Positions 9,267 to 18,179 of a stretch of DNA of 53,086 nucleotides are shown piece by piece. The DNA is from a virus (Duplodnaviria > Caudoviricetes), in the IMG/VR virus record IMGVR_UViG_3300025423_000028, positions 1 to 53,086 of that record. One strand, written 5' to 3'. The translations under genes and the position numbers were made by a program. How positions within the stretch are numbered: position 1 is the first letter of the stretch; each line of letters starts with the position of its first letter. The notes under the pieces were generated by a model that worked only from the letters and a program-made list of their open reading frames with translations, was not told where the DNA came from and did no database searches.

Positions 9267-9287
9267 TACCAACTGAGCTACAAGGGC
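9267..9287 (-). pseudogene. 5' fragment of a deleted tRNA gene
   Basis: GCCCTTGTAGCTCAGTTGGTA = acceptor 5' strand, TA, D stem and D loop, then truncated. Confidence 0.65.
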
Positions 9288-9294
9288 TACTGCG

Positions 9295-9369
9295 TCGGGT
9301 AGGAGGGATTCGAACCCCCGATCTCGAAGACCCAAACTTCGCGGATTAACCAAGCTTTCCTACTACCCG
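9295..9369 (-). tRNA. tRNA-Pro(TGG)
   Basis: CGGGTAG/CTACCCG acceptor, CGAAG-TT-TGG-GT-CTTCG, GGTTCGAATCC. Confidence 0.92.
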
Positions 9370-9434
9370 TTGTTGGGAAGTTTATCCTCATTCCCAGGAG
9401 TTTGCTGCATCTACGGTATTTGCTTCGTTCGGAG

Positions 9435-9508
9435 TGCTCCTGGTAGGACTCGAACCTACAACCTCGAAATTAAAAGTTTCTTGCGCTAACCAATTGCGCC
9501 ACAGGAGC
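9435..9508 (-). tRNA. tRNA-Lys(TTT)
   Basis: GCTCCTG/CAGGAGC acceptor, AGAAA-CT-TTT-AA-TTTCG, GGTTCGAGTCC. Confidence 0.92.
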
Positions 9509-9514
9509 AGAACA

Positions 9515-9709
9515 TCATTCGCTAATATCCCAATCAGATGGTTGACCCAATCGTACAACATGCATACAAGGGTCTCCACCTTCTTCCCATTCTAGCTCTT
9601 CGCTCTCGTGCATTGGTGGACCGTCGTGAGTGTTGCAGAATTGCTCTGAACAATAACCATGGCTAATGCCATATCTCAACCACTGATCATAGGATAGAAA
9701 GAAAACCAT
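9515..9709 (-). CDS. Small Cys/His-containing hypothetical protein
   Basis: WLRYG..GYC...FC.THDGPP..EEGGDPCMHVVRL; probable metal-binding. Confidence 0.65.
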   Translation of the reverse strand: MVFFLSYDQWLRYGISHGYCSEQFCNTHDGPPMHESEELEWEEGGDPCMHVVRLGQPSDWDISE

Positions 9710-9711
9710 TG

Positions 9712-10050
9712 CTATTCCTTAATAAATTTCTTATATTTGTTTTTGTTTTCGATGAGATACTTTGGGTAATATTCTTCATCAAATTCTACCAGTTTTAATT
9801 CAAAACCCCGGCCAAATACATCTGTGTTCTCATCAAAGTTACTATCCACATTGCTGTTTATAGCATCGTTGTTTAATTCTGTATGAGCAAAAGCTTTGAT
9901 CTTGTCCTTAATAAAAGCAGTATCACCAATATAAGTCCAATGCCAACCGCCATTGGGGATATGGATAGAGTTGTCACCCAAACGAAGACCTGTCGCCCAG
10001 AATCCTTCTCTACGGTATTCACCAACGCTGCATGTTACGAAGCCTTGAAC
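9712..10050 (-). pseudogene. C-terminal remnant of a GT17-like (beta-1,4-GlcNAc transferase) glycosyltransferase
   Basis: NGGWHWTYIG..IKDKIKAFAHTE..DVFGR..YPKYL; frame stays open upstream of 9981 to about 10050 without an ATG; N-terminal part missing. Confidence 0.65.
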
Positions 10051-11306
10051 TTACGGGCTGTGCGTGCCTTGTTAGTAGCTCTGTTAAAAACGTTGATCCA
10101 TTGCTTGCAAATGTTTTCCCAAGTATTTTCTTTCACCCAGGCGTAAGCATTCTCTGCTCGTTCGGCAGCTTCCTCTGGGTGTTCCATGATGTACTTGATA
10201 GTTTCAGCAGCTTCTTCTACATCCATCAGCGGGCGCATACGCTCGTTGTCGTTCTCTTTGATGATCCAGTGTGTTGGTGTGTGACCGCTCTGGACTCTCC
10301 AACCACGGTCTTCACCAAGGATTTCTGGTACTGATGTGTTGTTGGGAGCAATGACTGGAAGCTTCGTTGCCATAGCTTCGGTGATACTCAAGCCCCAACC
10401 CTCACCATGCGTTGTAGTAAGGTAAGCGTCACTAGCGTTGTAAATACCATTCAAAAATTCAATTGGAAATCCGCTGTGTGCACCAAACTGACGTGGGTCT
10501 GGGATAGTGAAATCACTATCAGGGTTTAGACCAATTGATGCGGCCATCTGCATGATGCTACCGCCAAAATCCGTTTCTTGCATATGCATATAAAGGAATG
10601 CGTTCTTCATTCCAATGTTGTGCAGCTGCTTAAGGATCATTAGGCTTCTAGAAACATCTTTACGTCCCTGGTTCCGGTTCACATTGGTGATAATAAAACG
10701 GTCTTGCAAAACTGGTGGGAAGATGGCCTTCCTTGTTTCTTGTTTCTGTTCGGGCGTAAGAGGAAAGAAGTCATTGGTATTGGTACCGTGGTAAATAACA
10801 TCCTGCTTGTCAGCAATCGCTCCAACAAACTTGCGACTTTCATCTTTAGCGTATTTTGTATAGGCGACAGGGAAGTCAAAGCTAGTAACGCATTGCTTAA
10901 CCCATTCTTCACGTGGCGTACAATCGAATGGGTAGTAATAGATAGTCGAGAAAGTATTTGGCTTCGTTCGCTGCAGCTCAAGAATCTGAGGAACAATAGG
11001 CAAAACAATAAAAGTGTCTTGGACAATGAAAACAATGTCATAATTGTTTTGACCAAGGAGGTCAAGAAAAACCTGACGACCGAATACGTCACCGTAAGGG
11101 CCCTGTGTGCGGAGTGCACTGATAGCAGGCCAAAGTCTTCCTGGCCACTTTGAGGTGTCGTATGGGCCACCATCGTAGTTAACACCGACAACATCGATCT
11201 CATAGCTTCCAGTGTTGTTGATCTCACTCATGATGTTCTTCATCACTGTACCGAAGCCAGTACTACACGCGTAGTCACCCCACGCCAATACTTTGATCTT
11301 GCTCAC
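10035..11306 (-). CDS. Glycosyltransferase, GT-B fold (GT4-like)
   Basis: STGFG, IYHG, NRNQGRKD, EGWGLSITEAMATKLPVI (EX7E motif). Confidence 0.92.
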   Translation of the reverse strand: MSKIKVLAWGDYACSTGFGTVMKNIMSEINNTGSYEIDVVGVNYDGGPYDTSKWPGRLWPAISALRTQGPYGDVFGRQVFLDLLGQNNYDIVFIVQDTFIVLPIVPQILELQRTKPNTFSTIYYYPFDCTPREEWVKQCVTSFDFPVAYTKYAKDESRKFVGAIADKQDVIYHGTNTNDFFPLTPEQKQETRKAIFPPVLQDRFIITNVNRNQGRKDVSRSLMILKQLHNIGMKNAFLYMHMQETDFGGSIMQMAASIGLNPDSDFTIPDPRQFGAHSGFPIEFLNGIYNASDAYLTTTHGEGWGLSITEAMATKLPVIAPNNTSVPEILGEDRGWRVQSGHTPTHWIIKENDNERMRPLMDVEEAAETIKYIMEHPEEAAERAENAYAWVKENTWENICKQWINVFNRATNKARTARKFKAS

Positions 11307-11308
11307 AA

Positions 11309-11998
11309 CTATCTCCAGTCTTTAGGACTTAACGTACTATCATTATAGGGTTTATTGTATACTTCATGCAAGTCTTTCTTCGCACTACCCCATTTTCTAA
11401 CATAATATTCGCCAGACTTTAGTGAGTTTATAGGTAGTGTTAACTTCTTAGTTGATTGGTGCCTAAGGTGCGCGTATGGAACATCCGTTTGAAGTGTTTT
11501 ATAACCAAGCAATTTAATGCGGTATTTCATGTCAGCGTCTTCCCACCATGCTGGGTCGAAGTTTTCATCAAATGTGCCACATAGATCAAAAAAATCTGGT
11601 CTAATAGCGAAGCAAGAAAAGCTTTGGTCTTCTGCATTCTTATTGCCAGAAAACTCTTCGTCTTCTATGAAAAGAATGTCTGTTGGGTCTGCTAACTCAT
11701 CCAGCACGTCAACTGGGAATGCCATGACAAAGTTATCTACCATGGCAAGAGTCTCTACAGCCAAGCGATCGATAGTGCCTGGTGCAAAGATTGCGTCATC
11801 GTTGCTAACAATAATGACATCACAGTTATCAAAGATAGCCTCACGAATACCTTTGTTCCAGGCTGCCGCCAATGGCACTTGGTAACGATACTGTGGGCGA
11901 ATATAAATCTTAAGTTCGTTATTACTCTTAGCTGAATAGACCAGATCAATAGCTTGATCAAAATTATTTAAAACTGGGACAACGAGTCCGATTCGCAT
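11309..11998 (-). CDS. Glycosyltransferase, GT-A fold (GT2-like)
   Basis: LVVPVLNN, AAAWNKG, SNDD, GTFDENF..WEDADMKYR. Confidence 0.88.
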   Translation of the reverse strand: MRIGLVVPVLNNFDQAIDLVYSAKSNNELKIYIRPQYRYQVPLAAAWNKGIREAIFDNCDVIIVSNDDAIFAPGTIDRLAVETLAMVDNFVMAFPVDVLDELADPTDILFIEDEEFSGNKNAEDQSFSCFAIRPDFFDLCGTFDENFDPAWWEDADMKYRIKLLGYKTLQTDVPYAHLRHQSTKKLTLPINSLKSGEYYVRKWGSAKKDLHEVYNKPYNDSTLSPKDWR

Positions 11999-12366
11999 TC
12001 TTCCTTCTTCCTTTTAGGGCCGCGCTTCTTTTTACTTGACTTGATTGCTACTGCCTGCTGTTGTTTTGTTATTTCGGCAACAACTTCTAGTGTAGATTCG
12101 TAGTCGATATCAATCAACTTAATACCAAGTTCCTGGCGTAGCACTCTACGTTGCTTAGTGCTAGTACCTGCCCAGTAACCATAATCTTCATAAAGCAATG
12201 CATGGTTCAAACAATTATCGTAAACGGGGCATGTAGTGCATAGCAACAATGCTTCTTTATCTGGGCTTTTACCTTGTCCAGGGTAGAAAGCATCGTATTT
12301 TTCAGCTGATAGCGCAGAACAAGAAGCGTCCTTTTGCCAGCTATAATCAATGGTTGTATTTTCCAT
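11968..12366 (-). CDS. whiB: WhiB-family Fe-S transcription factor
   Basis: WQ..ASC, FYP, CTTCPV..C (four Cys), GYWAGT turn, basic C-terminal tail. Confidence 0.9.
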   Translation of the reverse strand: MENTTIDYSWQKDASCSALSAEKYDAFYPGQGKSPDKEALLLCTTCPVYDNCLNHALLYEDYGYWAGTSTKQRRVLRQELGIKLIDIDYESTLEVVAEITKQQQAVAIKSSKKKRGPKRKKEECESDSLSQF

Positions 12367-12377
12367 AATTTAATGAA

Positions 12378-12464
12378 TTAAGCTGGAAGGGCCTCGGGGG
12401 GAGTCTAAGCATGATGCTGACTGCAACCCCCGAGGAAGACCAGGCCCTTCAGGAAGGGGCTTAA
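12378..12464 (-). ncRNA. Putative structured RNA element upstream of whiB
   Basis: Nested complementary segments TTAAGC/GCTTAA, GAAGGG/CCCTTC, CCTCGGGGG/CCCCCGAGG, AGTC/GACT, AGCA/TGCT in a GC-rich intergenic stretch. Confidence 0.5.
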
Positions 12465-12489
12465 GATCTGCCCGCTTCACTGACTAAGG

Positions 12490-12705
12490 CTACTTTCTCG
12501 GCTTTTTTACATTGTCCTTTCTAAATTGTTCTGCTTTCTTAAGCAGATCTACAATATATTCTGTGAATTCTTCGGCTTGTTGAAGCGTGCTTGCTTCTGA
12601 ACCACCGAGCGTGACCTGCTTTCCAACCAATGTGCTGTGCATCTCTCCCTTAAGGAGCAGGTCCATAACATCCTGGTGAATTTGGTCATACTTATTAATT
12701 GCCAT
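12490..12705 (-). CDS. Hypothetical protein
   Basis: 71-aa ORF in operon orientation. Confidence 0.55.
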   Translation of the reverse strand: MAINKYDQIHQDVMDLLLKGEMHSTLVGKQVTLGGSEASTLQQAEEFTEYIVDLLKKAEQFRKDNVKKPRK

Positions 12706-12719
12706 ATCTATTTATCTTT

Positions 12720-13073
12720 CTACCATGGGGCACAATAACCCTGTTGATCCGGCATAGCCATGTGGTATGCACGCAGGAACTTTGTCCCTATTTTAATCTG
12801 TGTTGCTCTACTACTTGGTTTTGCAACGCTTCCCCCGAATTGAATCCAATTCGGTCTATCAATTCCCAAAGCATCTGGGTACCAATAACTAAAATAATTC
12901 CAGTTGCCACCCTCTTCACAGGTAGCTATCCTTTGCCATTCGGCAATAACTACTGCGCTAAGTACAACCCTAGCAGCTACCAACACATGATGTTTTGGTG
13001 TTGCCGAGGCCGTTAAGGGAACTGCAAAAATACTTAATGATAATACAATTGTAATTATAGCTTTCTTTAACAA
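12720..13073 (-). CDS. Secreted resuscitation-promoting factor (Rpf)-like transglycosylase
   Basis: Signal peptide ending ASA; WQRIATCEEGGNW (cf. Rpf WDxxAxCESGGNW), NW..FGG, SRATQI. Confidence 0.8.
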   Translation of the reverse strand: MLKKAIITIVLSLSIFAVPLTASATPKHHVLVAARVVLSAVVIAEWQRIATCEEGGNWNYFSYWYPDALGIDRPNWIQFGGSVAKPSSRATQIKIGTKFLRAYHMAMPDQQGYCAPW

Positions 13074-13138
13074 AATTTTCCAATCCTAGAGGGATAAGTA
13101 CTCTTGGTGTTGGTTCATTTGTCACCTCCTTTTCTGCG

Positions 13139-14998
13139 TTATCCCCATAGGAACCCACGGGGTGTTAGATCAATCGTATCATTTAAATCAGCATAGTCGT
13201 CGACTACACCTCTAATTGCTTCTGCTTCGTCTCTTCTTCTAAGGATCTTAGCATCGGCACGCTCTTCAATTGTATTAGCAGCCACCGCTCGATAGATCCA
13301 AGTATGGTCAATGCCTTTGCTTTTTGAGTCCGCTCGATTAATTCTGTTAGCTCGTTGCTTGTAGTCTGAGTAAGTGCGCGGTACTTCGATGTTCCAAAGA
13401 TAAGGGGCATATAGGTTTAGCCCTTCCTGTCCTACGTCTGAAGTAATAAGTATAGCAGGTCCGCTTGTTGTATTAAACGTCTTGATATTATCAGCAACAG
13501 TTTGGCTGTCCATACCAACACCCCAGATGGGTAACACTGGGATACCGGGGAACTTCTTCTTTAGGGCCTCTAGGTAGGGGAACAATGTACCATTCGTCCA
13601 GAACGTGAACAAAACAACTTTGTCCCCCGCTTCAACGTACGTCTCAAGGTTGCTTTCAATGAGTTGGTACTTTGCACTGTTAGCGATGCTAATGTCGTCA
13701 CCAAACTCTGCAACAATTTCTTTTGCAAACTTACTGCCGCTATTCCGCAAACCTTCTGTCGTATTGCAAATCATTCTAAGCATGTCAATATATGCCCAGT
13801 TTGCAACGGGGTTGTCTGGGTTGTAGTGTTCTCGAGCCCAACCCTCAGCCCAATCATAAATCTCACGGTCTATGTCAGACAATTCATAGACAATCTTTTT
13901 AGGGATGCTTTCAGGAAACTGTGCTGAGATAATGGGGTCGCTTTTCATAGCGATGTGAGTCCATTCCTCATGCTTCTTACCAAGCAACGGAAGCTTTGTT
14001 CTATCCCATTCCTTGACATATATTTCTTGTACATAACCGTTGTTAAAGATGCCGAAATCAAGCCCGTACATGCGCTTGAATACGTCTCTTGACATGTCAC
14101 TAACATCTGTAATCTTGGGTGCTATTGCAGAAAAAATGTTTCTGATGTTTAGTGGGCTAGTTGTATAAGGCGTTGCTGTAAGAGCAAGAACCATAGTCTT
14201 TGCTTCTGATTTGTTGATAAGACGGTGGAAGCCTTCACCAAGCAAACTTACGCCACTATTAATTTTCTGGGCCTCATCAATGATGATCAGCACGCGCTTA
14301 TCTTTGATGAGCTCGAGCACTTGTAGCAAGTCTGTGCGGTCGTAAGAGAGTACTTTGTTACGCTGCCCTTTAACTTTGACCATGTTGCCTTCACGGACTT
14401 TTTCATAATTCAGCACAAGGACTTTTGACGTAGTTTGTTCATAGAACATATGACGGTTACGACGTGTCATTTTCTCAGGTACACGACTTACTTCTAGGTG
14501 AGTCATGCGGCGGAACTCTTGTTCCCAGTCATACTGTTTAATCTTCTTACAGAAAACCAACACCAAGTCAATATCGCCAGCGTCAGAAAGCTTCTGGCTT
14601 GTCAAACAACTGAGTAAGGTTTTACCAGCACCGGTGTCCCACTGGACTAGTACATGTGGGTCTTTTGAGTGCATACGATCCCACACATAGTTCAAGCCAA
14701 CGTGCTGAAATGGGAACAGTTTGTGGTCATCCAGGAACGGACTATTCACTTCGTATGGCTTTGTACTGCAGGCAAGCAGCCCGTTGTATGCACGTTCCGC
14801 CATGATATCTTCAAACTTTAAAGTGTAGCCATTTTCCCTGACCAGAGCATCAAACTCATCAATACGGTCTCTATTCCGAAGAGTGCCGTAGTTATCAAGA
14901 GAAAATAATTTCTTGACTTTTGGGTCCAAAGACGAGTATCTTAGTACTCCATTGAGTAAATTACTTTTTTGAACAAAGATTGTCTTCTCTGAAGTCAT
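13139..14998 (-). CDS. SNF2-family (SF2) helicase
   Basis: DTGAGKT, DEAQ, LTATP, EGLNL, QRANRINR. Confidence 0.9.
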   Translation of the reverse strand: MTSEKTIFVQKSNLLNGVLRYSSLDPKVKKLFSLDNYGTLRNRDRIDEFDALVRENGYTLKFEDIMAERAYNGLLACSTKPYEVNSPFLDDHKLFPFQHVGLNYVWDRMHSKDPHVLVQWDTGAGKTLLSCLTSQKLSDAGDIDLVLVFCKKIKQYDWEQEFRRMTHLEVSRVPEKMTRRNRHMFYEQTTSKVLVLNYEKVREGNMVKVKGQRNKVLSYDRTDLLQVLELIKDKRVLIIIDEAQKINSGVSLLGEGFHRLINKSEAKTMVLALTATPYTTSPLNIRNIFSAIAPKITDVSDMSRDVFKRMYGLDFGIFNNGYVQEIYVKEWDRTKLPLLGKKHEEWTHIAMKSDPIISAQFPESIPKKIVYELSDIDREIYDWAEGWAREHYNPDNPVANWAYIDMLRMICNTTEGLRNSGSKFAKEIVAEFGDDISIANSAKYQLIESNLETYVEAGDKVVLFTFWTNGTLFPYLEALKKKFPGIPVLPIWGVGMDSQTVADNIKTFNTTSGPAILITSDVGQEGLNLYAPYLWNIEVPRTYSDYKQRANRINRADSKSKGIDHTWIYRAVAANTIEERADAKILRRRDEAEAIRGVVDDYADLNDTIDLTPRGFLWG

Positions 14999-15004
14999 AT
15001 ATCG

Positions 15005-15033
15005 ATCTTAGCATGTTGACTGAATGAAATCAA
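15005..15033 (-). promoter_or_regulatory. SigA-type promoter giving a probably leaderless helicase mRNA
   Basis: TTGATT-17 nt-TAAGAT with extended TG; ATG 6 nt after the -10; no SD. Confidence 0.65.
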
Positions 15034-18000
15034 TCGATATAGAAAGTATTGATGCCTGGAGCAATTCTATTTATATTAAAGATAGACGGATGAACTTCTT
15101 TATTCAACTGAAAGTATGGCTTGTTACTAATGCTTGTATGAGCAGGTGTCTCATTAGTAAAACTACTACCAAGGTAATCAATATCTAGATTCATATACAA
15201 TGGTGACTGTTTGTAATAAGGGACAACACTTACTCCAGAAATATAAATGTTTTGATCAAGAGCAGTCATACGCACCTGGATACCACTGGCATTAGAACCA
15301 GAAGCGATAGCAATGAATTGGCTTGGGTCATTAATACCAGTTGTTATTGGGTACCATCCACTTGCGCTGGTTATACTTGCTCCACTACTGGTGGTGTATT
15401 CATAACGGACTGGGTGGTAGAACGGTGCAAGCATTGCCACATAGAATGTTTCAGCGATGGCACTATTAATTTGTACCAACTGCATTGTAAAAGTTGAGTA
15501 GTTTGTGCCAGTAAAGCTTTCGAGCTCGATGTCAAACCATGTTTTGACCGGCAAAGTATTTGGTTGATATTGTTTGTAAGTCAACTCATAGCTATTGCCG
15601 TTAACATCTGTAGAAATAAGACTTGCCCTATATGTTCCGTTGTTACTATTTGGCAAGTATGTTCTAGCAACACCACTAACCCTCATGTTGTTACGGTCAA
15701 CAGAACTTGTCCAGATTGAAGTCGGTGAATTATAAGCGCCAAACTCATAAAGCTGATATGGTATGGTTCCACTAACAACCACTTGGATAGTATTGCTTGG
15801 TATTCCAGTAGAGTAATTTGTACCAGTTAGAACATATTGTGAATATTGTGACGTACCACTGATGGCAGTGCCACTAACCAGTGTTCCTGAGATTGCTGAG
15901 TTATTATTTGGATTAATAAATTGGGTGTAAAGACTAATGTTTCCCGAGGCTGTAGCCTCAGCATTAATTAAGAAATAATAGTTGACACCACTTGCAGGTG
16001 TATACTCAGCGTAACCTATCGTTCCTAGTGCCGACGTGCCGAGTGCAACAGTCCATGGTGTTGTACCGCTAACGCTATAGGCGCCTGGCAGAGTAAAATT
16101 ATATGCAGCAACATACGGCGCTCCGGTGACAACAATCCCACTAACTGAAGTATTATAGATTGGGGAAAGACTTATAGTTGTGCCGCTTATACCATACCAA
16201 GGAGACGACGAACCGCTAGGTATAATGAAGTTTGAATCATAATAACTAAGCAGATTTGATTGACTTTTATAGGCAGGTGATTTGATGCCATATGATGTAC
16301 CCGATGCATATACGGAATACACAGAGCTTGCACCAAGGCTGGTGACGTAATTAAGGCTTGCACCAGAAATCGACATTGTAGCTAGAGAACCACTGATGTT
16401 GTTCATCAAAGTTTGATCAAGATTTATTGGTTGACCTTGAGTTAGGAAACTACGCCAATCGCTTGTCAGACCAGCAATATTAAAACTATTGAATTTATCA
16501 ATAGTTGAGAACCATGGCGATACGGCAATATCGTCGGGGTTTAATTGGACGTAATTAGTACCCTGAGCATAAAATCCGCTATTGGTACCGTTCTTTGACA
16601 ATAAAGTATTAGGAGTCGACAAGAGTTCATCGTACGTATTCTCATAAAAAGCAGTTATGTATTTGATACCAACAAAGTATGATTCATGCCAGATTTGAGG
16701 AATTGTTAGCTGGTTGTAAACGTGGACACTGTTGTTATTAAACTTACGTTGCAAGAATTGTGTATACGATTGACCATTGTAAGACCCATTCTGGTCAAGC
16801 AACTTGTAACTAATACTAGGGTCCGTGATCTGTGACGCTGTGCTTACACCAACCGTAGTTTCATTATCAATTTGTGAGGAGTTAAGTGCAGCAAGGCTAG
16901 GCCAATTGTTATTGCCAGCTACCGTCTGTGTAGCTAATCCAAAGATTGTTGAAGGGCTAATCTGATTATTTACTTGGGTTTGTGTGGTCAGATTGGGGTT
17001 ATTAATCAATGAATAGTTTGTTGCACTACCATCAACGATGCCAAGCTCGAGCTCTGAGTAAAGTTCCTCAATGTAATATGGGAAAGTATTAATAGTTCTG
17101 TTGACAGTATCGAAAGGCAAATCGTATGCCTCAGGAACCAGCTGAGTAAATTCAAACTTTAGATAAGTGCAAGAAGTTTGTGGTAATTCGTAGATACCAT
17201 TACGGAGCACAAAGTCTTGTGGTACAGGGGACCAGTAAAATGTACCGGGATCTATTGTCCCGCCAGAAGTTGTTTGCGTTGTATAGTATACGTTAAATTT
17301 ACAACCACTATAAAGCGGATCAATGTACAAACGGTTTATAGTAGTTGGGCTAGGGTCACTCACCTTGGCATAAAAATAAACGATTGCATCACCTACGGGT
17401 TGTGGTGCACTCTTCCAATAGAGCGAACCAGACGCACTGGAAAACATATTCGCAGTTGGGTAGTTCACAAAAGAGAAGTTTTCAACAAGACCGAGGGCAT
17501 TCTGGCTAACAATTGTATTGGTCCCACTTATTACACTTGAAGGGACATCAGAAACTTGTTGGATATTAAACTTTACAGAGAACTGTTGAATGCCAACTGG
17601 GTAAGATACGTTTGTATAATTACCACTATTATCGTATTGCGATACAGCCTGCTGCCTCGTGATTCTTACAGCGATATTATTTGATGAAAGTGTGTACGGG
17701 GCTGTGTACTCTATCAAGAACCAATCATCAGTTGCATAGATATTTGGCCCACCATTAATAATAAAAGTAGATTGGCCTGGCAACGCAGTCCAAACGCCAT
17801 TGTTTTCAAAACCAAGTTCAACGTAGCAAGGAACATTGAGTACAAAAAAACTTGTAAAGTTAAAATAAGTATTTGAACTAAATGTGTAAGTATTAATTAC
17901 TGGTGCACTGCCAGGGCCACCGAAATTTGGCGTTGAGTACCATACAGTATCTGCTGTGGGGTCAAAGCTCAGAAGACCATTCGGGCTGTTTGTAATGCTT

Positions 18001-18179
18001 AAATTAGGATCAGAGTAACCATTTGTGCTTGTTGTACTTAGAGAATCAATAACACCTGTGTGTGCATAAATTTGGTTGTACACAAGACCGTTAGAAGTCA
18101 AAGGTGGGTTAACACCCTGTGTTACATAATCTTTTGATGGGTCTACGTTGTTTGGGATTATTGACATATTATTGTGCAC
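15030..18179 (-). CDS. Large baseplate/minor tail protein
   Basis: 1049 aa, beta-rich, follows the baseplate J and wedge genes. Confidence 0.65.
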   Translation of the reverse strand: MHNNMSIIPNNVDPSKDYVTQGVNPPLTSNGLVYNQIYAHTGVIDSLSTTSTNGYSDPNLSITNSPNGLLSFDPTADTVWYSTPNFGGPGSAPVINTYTFSSNTYFNFTSFFVLNVPCYVELGFENNGVWTALPGQSTFIINGGPNIYATDDWFLIEYTAPYTLSSNNIAVRITRQQAVSQYDNSGNYTNVSYPVGIQQFSVKFNIQQVSDVPSSVISGTNTIVSQNALGLVENFSFVNYPTANMFSSASGSLYWKSAPQPVGDAIVYFYAKVSDPSPTTINRLYIDPLYSGCKFNVYYTTQTTSGGTIDPGTFYWSPVPQDFVLRNGIYELPQTSCTYLKFEFTQLVPEAYDLPFDTVNRTINTFPYYIEELYSELELGIVDGSATNYSLINNPNLTTQTQVNNQISPSTIFGLATQTVAGNNNWPSLAALNSSQIDNETTVGVSTASQITDPSISYKLLDQNGSYNGQSYTQFLQRKFNNNSVHVYNQLTIPQIWHESYFVGIKYITAFYENTYDELLSTPNTLLSKNGTNSGFYAQGTNYVQLNPDDIAVSPWFSTIDKFNSFNIAGLTSDWRSFLTQGQPINLDQTLMNNISGSLATMSISGASLNYVTSLGASSVYSVYASGTSYGIKSPAYKSQSNLLSYYDSNFIIPSGSSSPWYGISGTTISLSPIYNTSVSGIVVTGAPYVAAYNFTLPGAYSVSGTTPWTVALGTSALGTIGYAEYTPASGVNYYFLINAEATASGNISLYTQFINPNNNSAISGTLVSGTAISGTSQYSQYVLTGTNYSTGIPSNTIQVVVSGTIPYQLYEFGAYNSPTSIWTSSVDRNNMRVSGVARTYLPNSNNGTYRASLISTDVNGNSYELTYKQYQPNTLPVKTWFDIELESFTGTNYSTFTMQLVQINSAIAETFYVAMLAPFYHPVRYEYTTSSGASITSASGWYPITTGINDPSQFIAIASGSNASGIQVRMTALDQNIYISGVSVVPYYKQSPLYMNLDIDYLGSSFTNETPAHTSISNKPYFQLNKEVHPSIFNINRIAPGINTFYID

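Noticed and set aside
9370-9434. Spacer between tRNA-Lys and tRNA-Pro as a tRNA-associated HDV-like ribozyme
   Set aside because: Only a short TGGGAA/TTCCCA hairpin is evident; I could not build the nested double pseudoknot
9388-9579. 63-aa minus-strand ORF
   Set aside because: Runs through tRNA-Lys and overlaps 9515..9709
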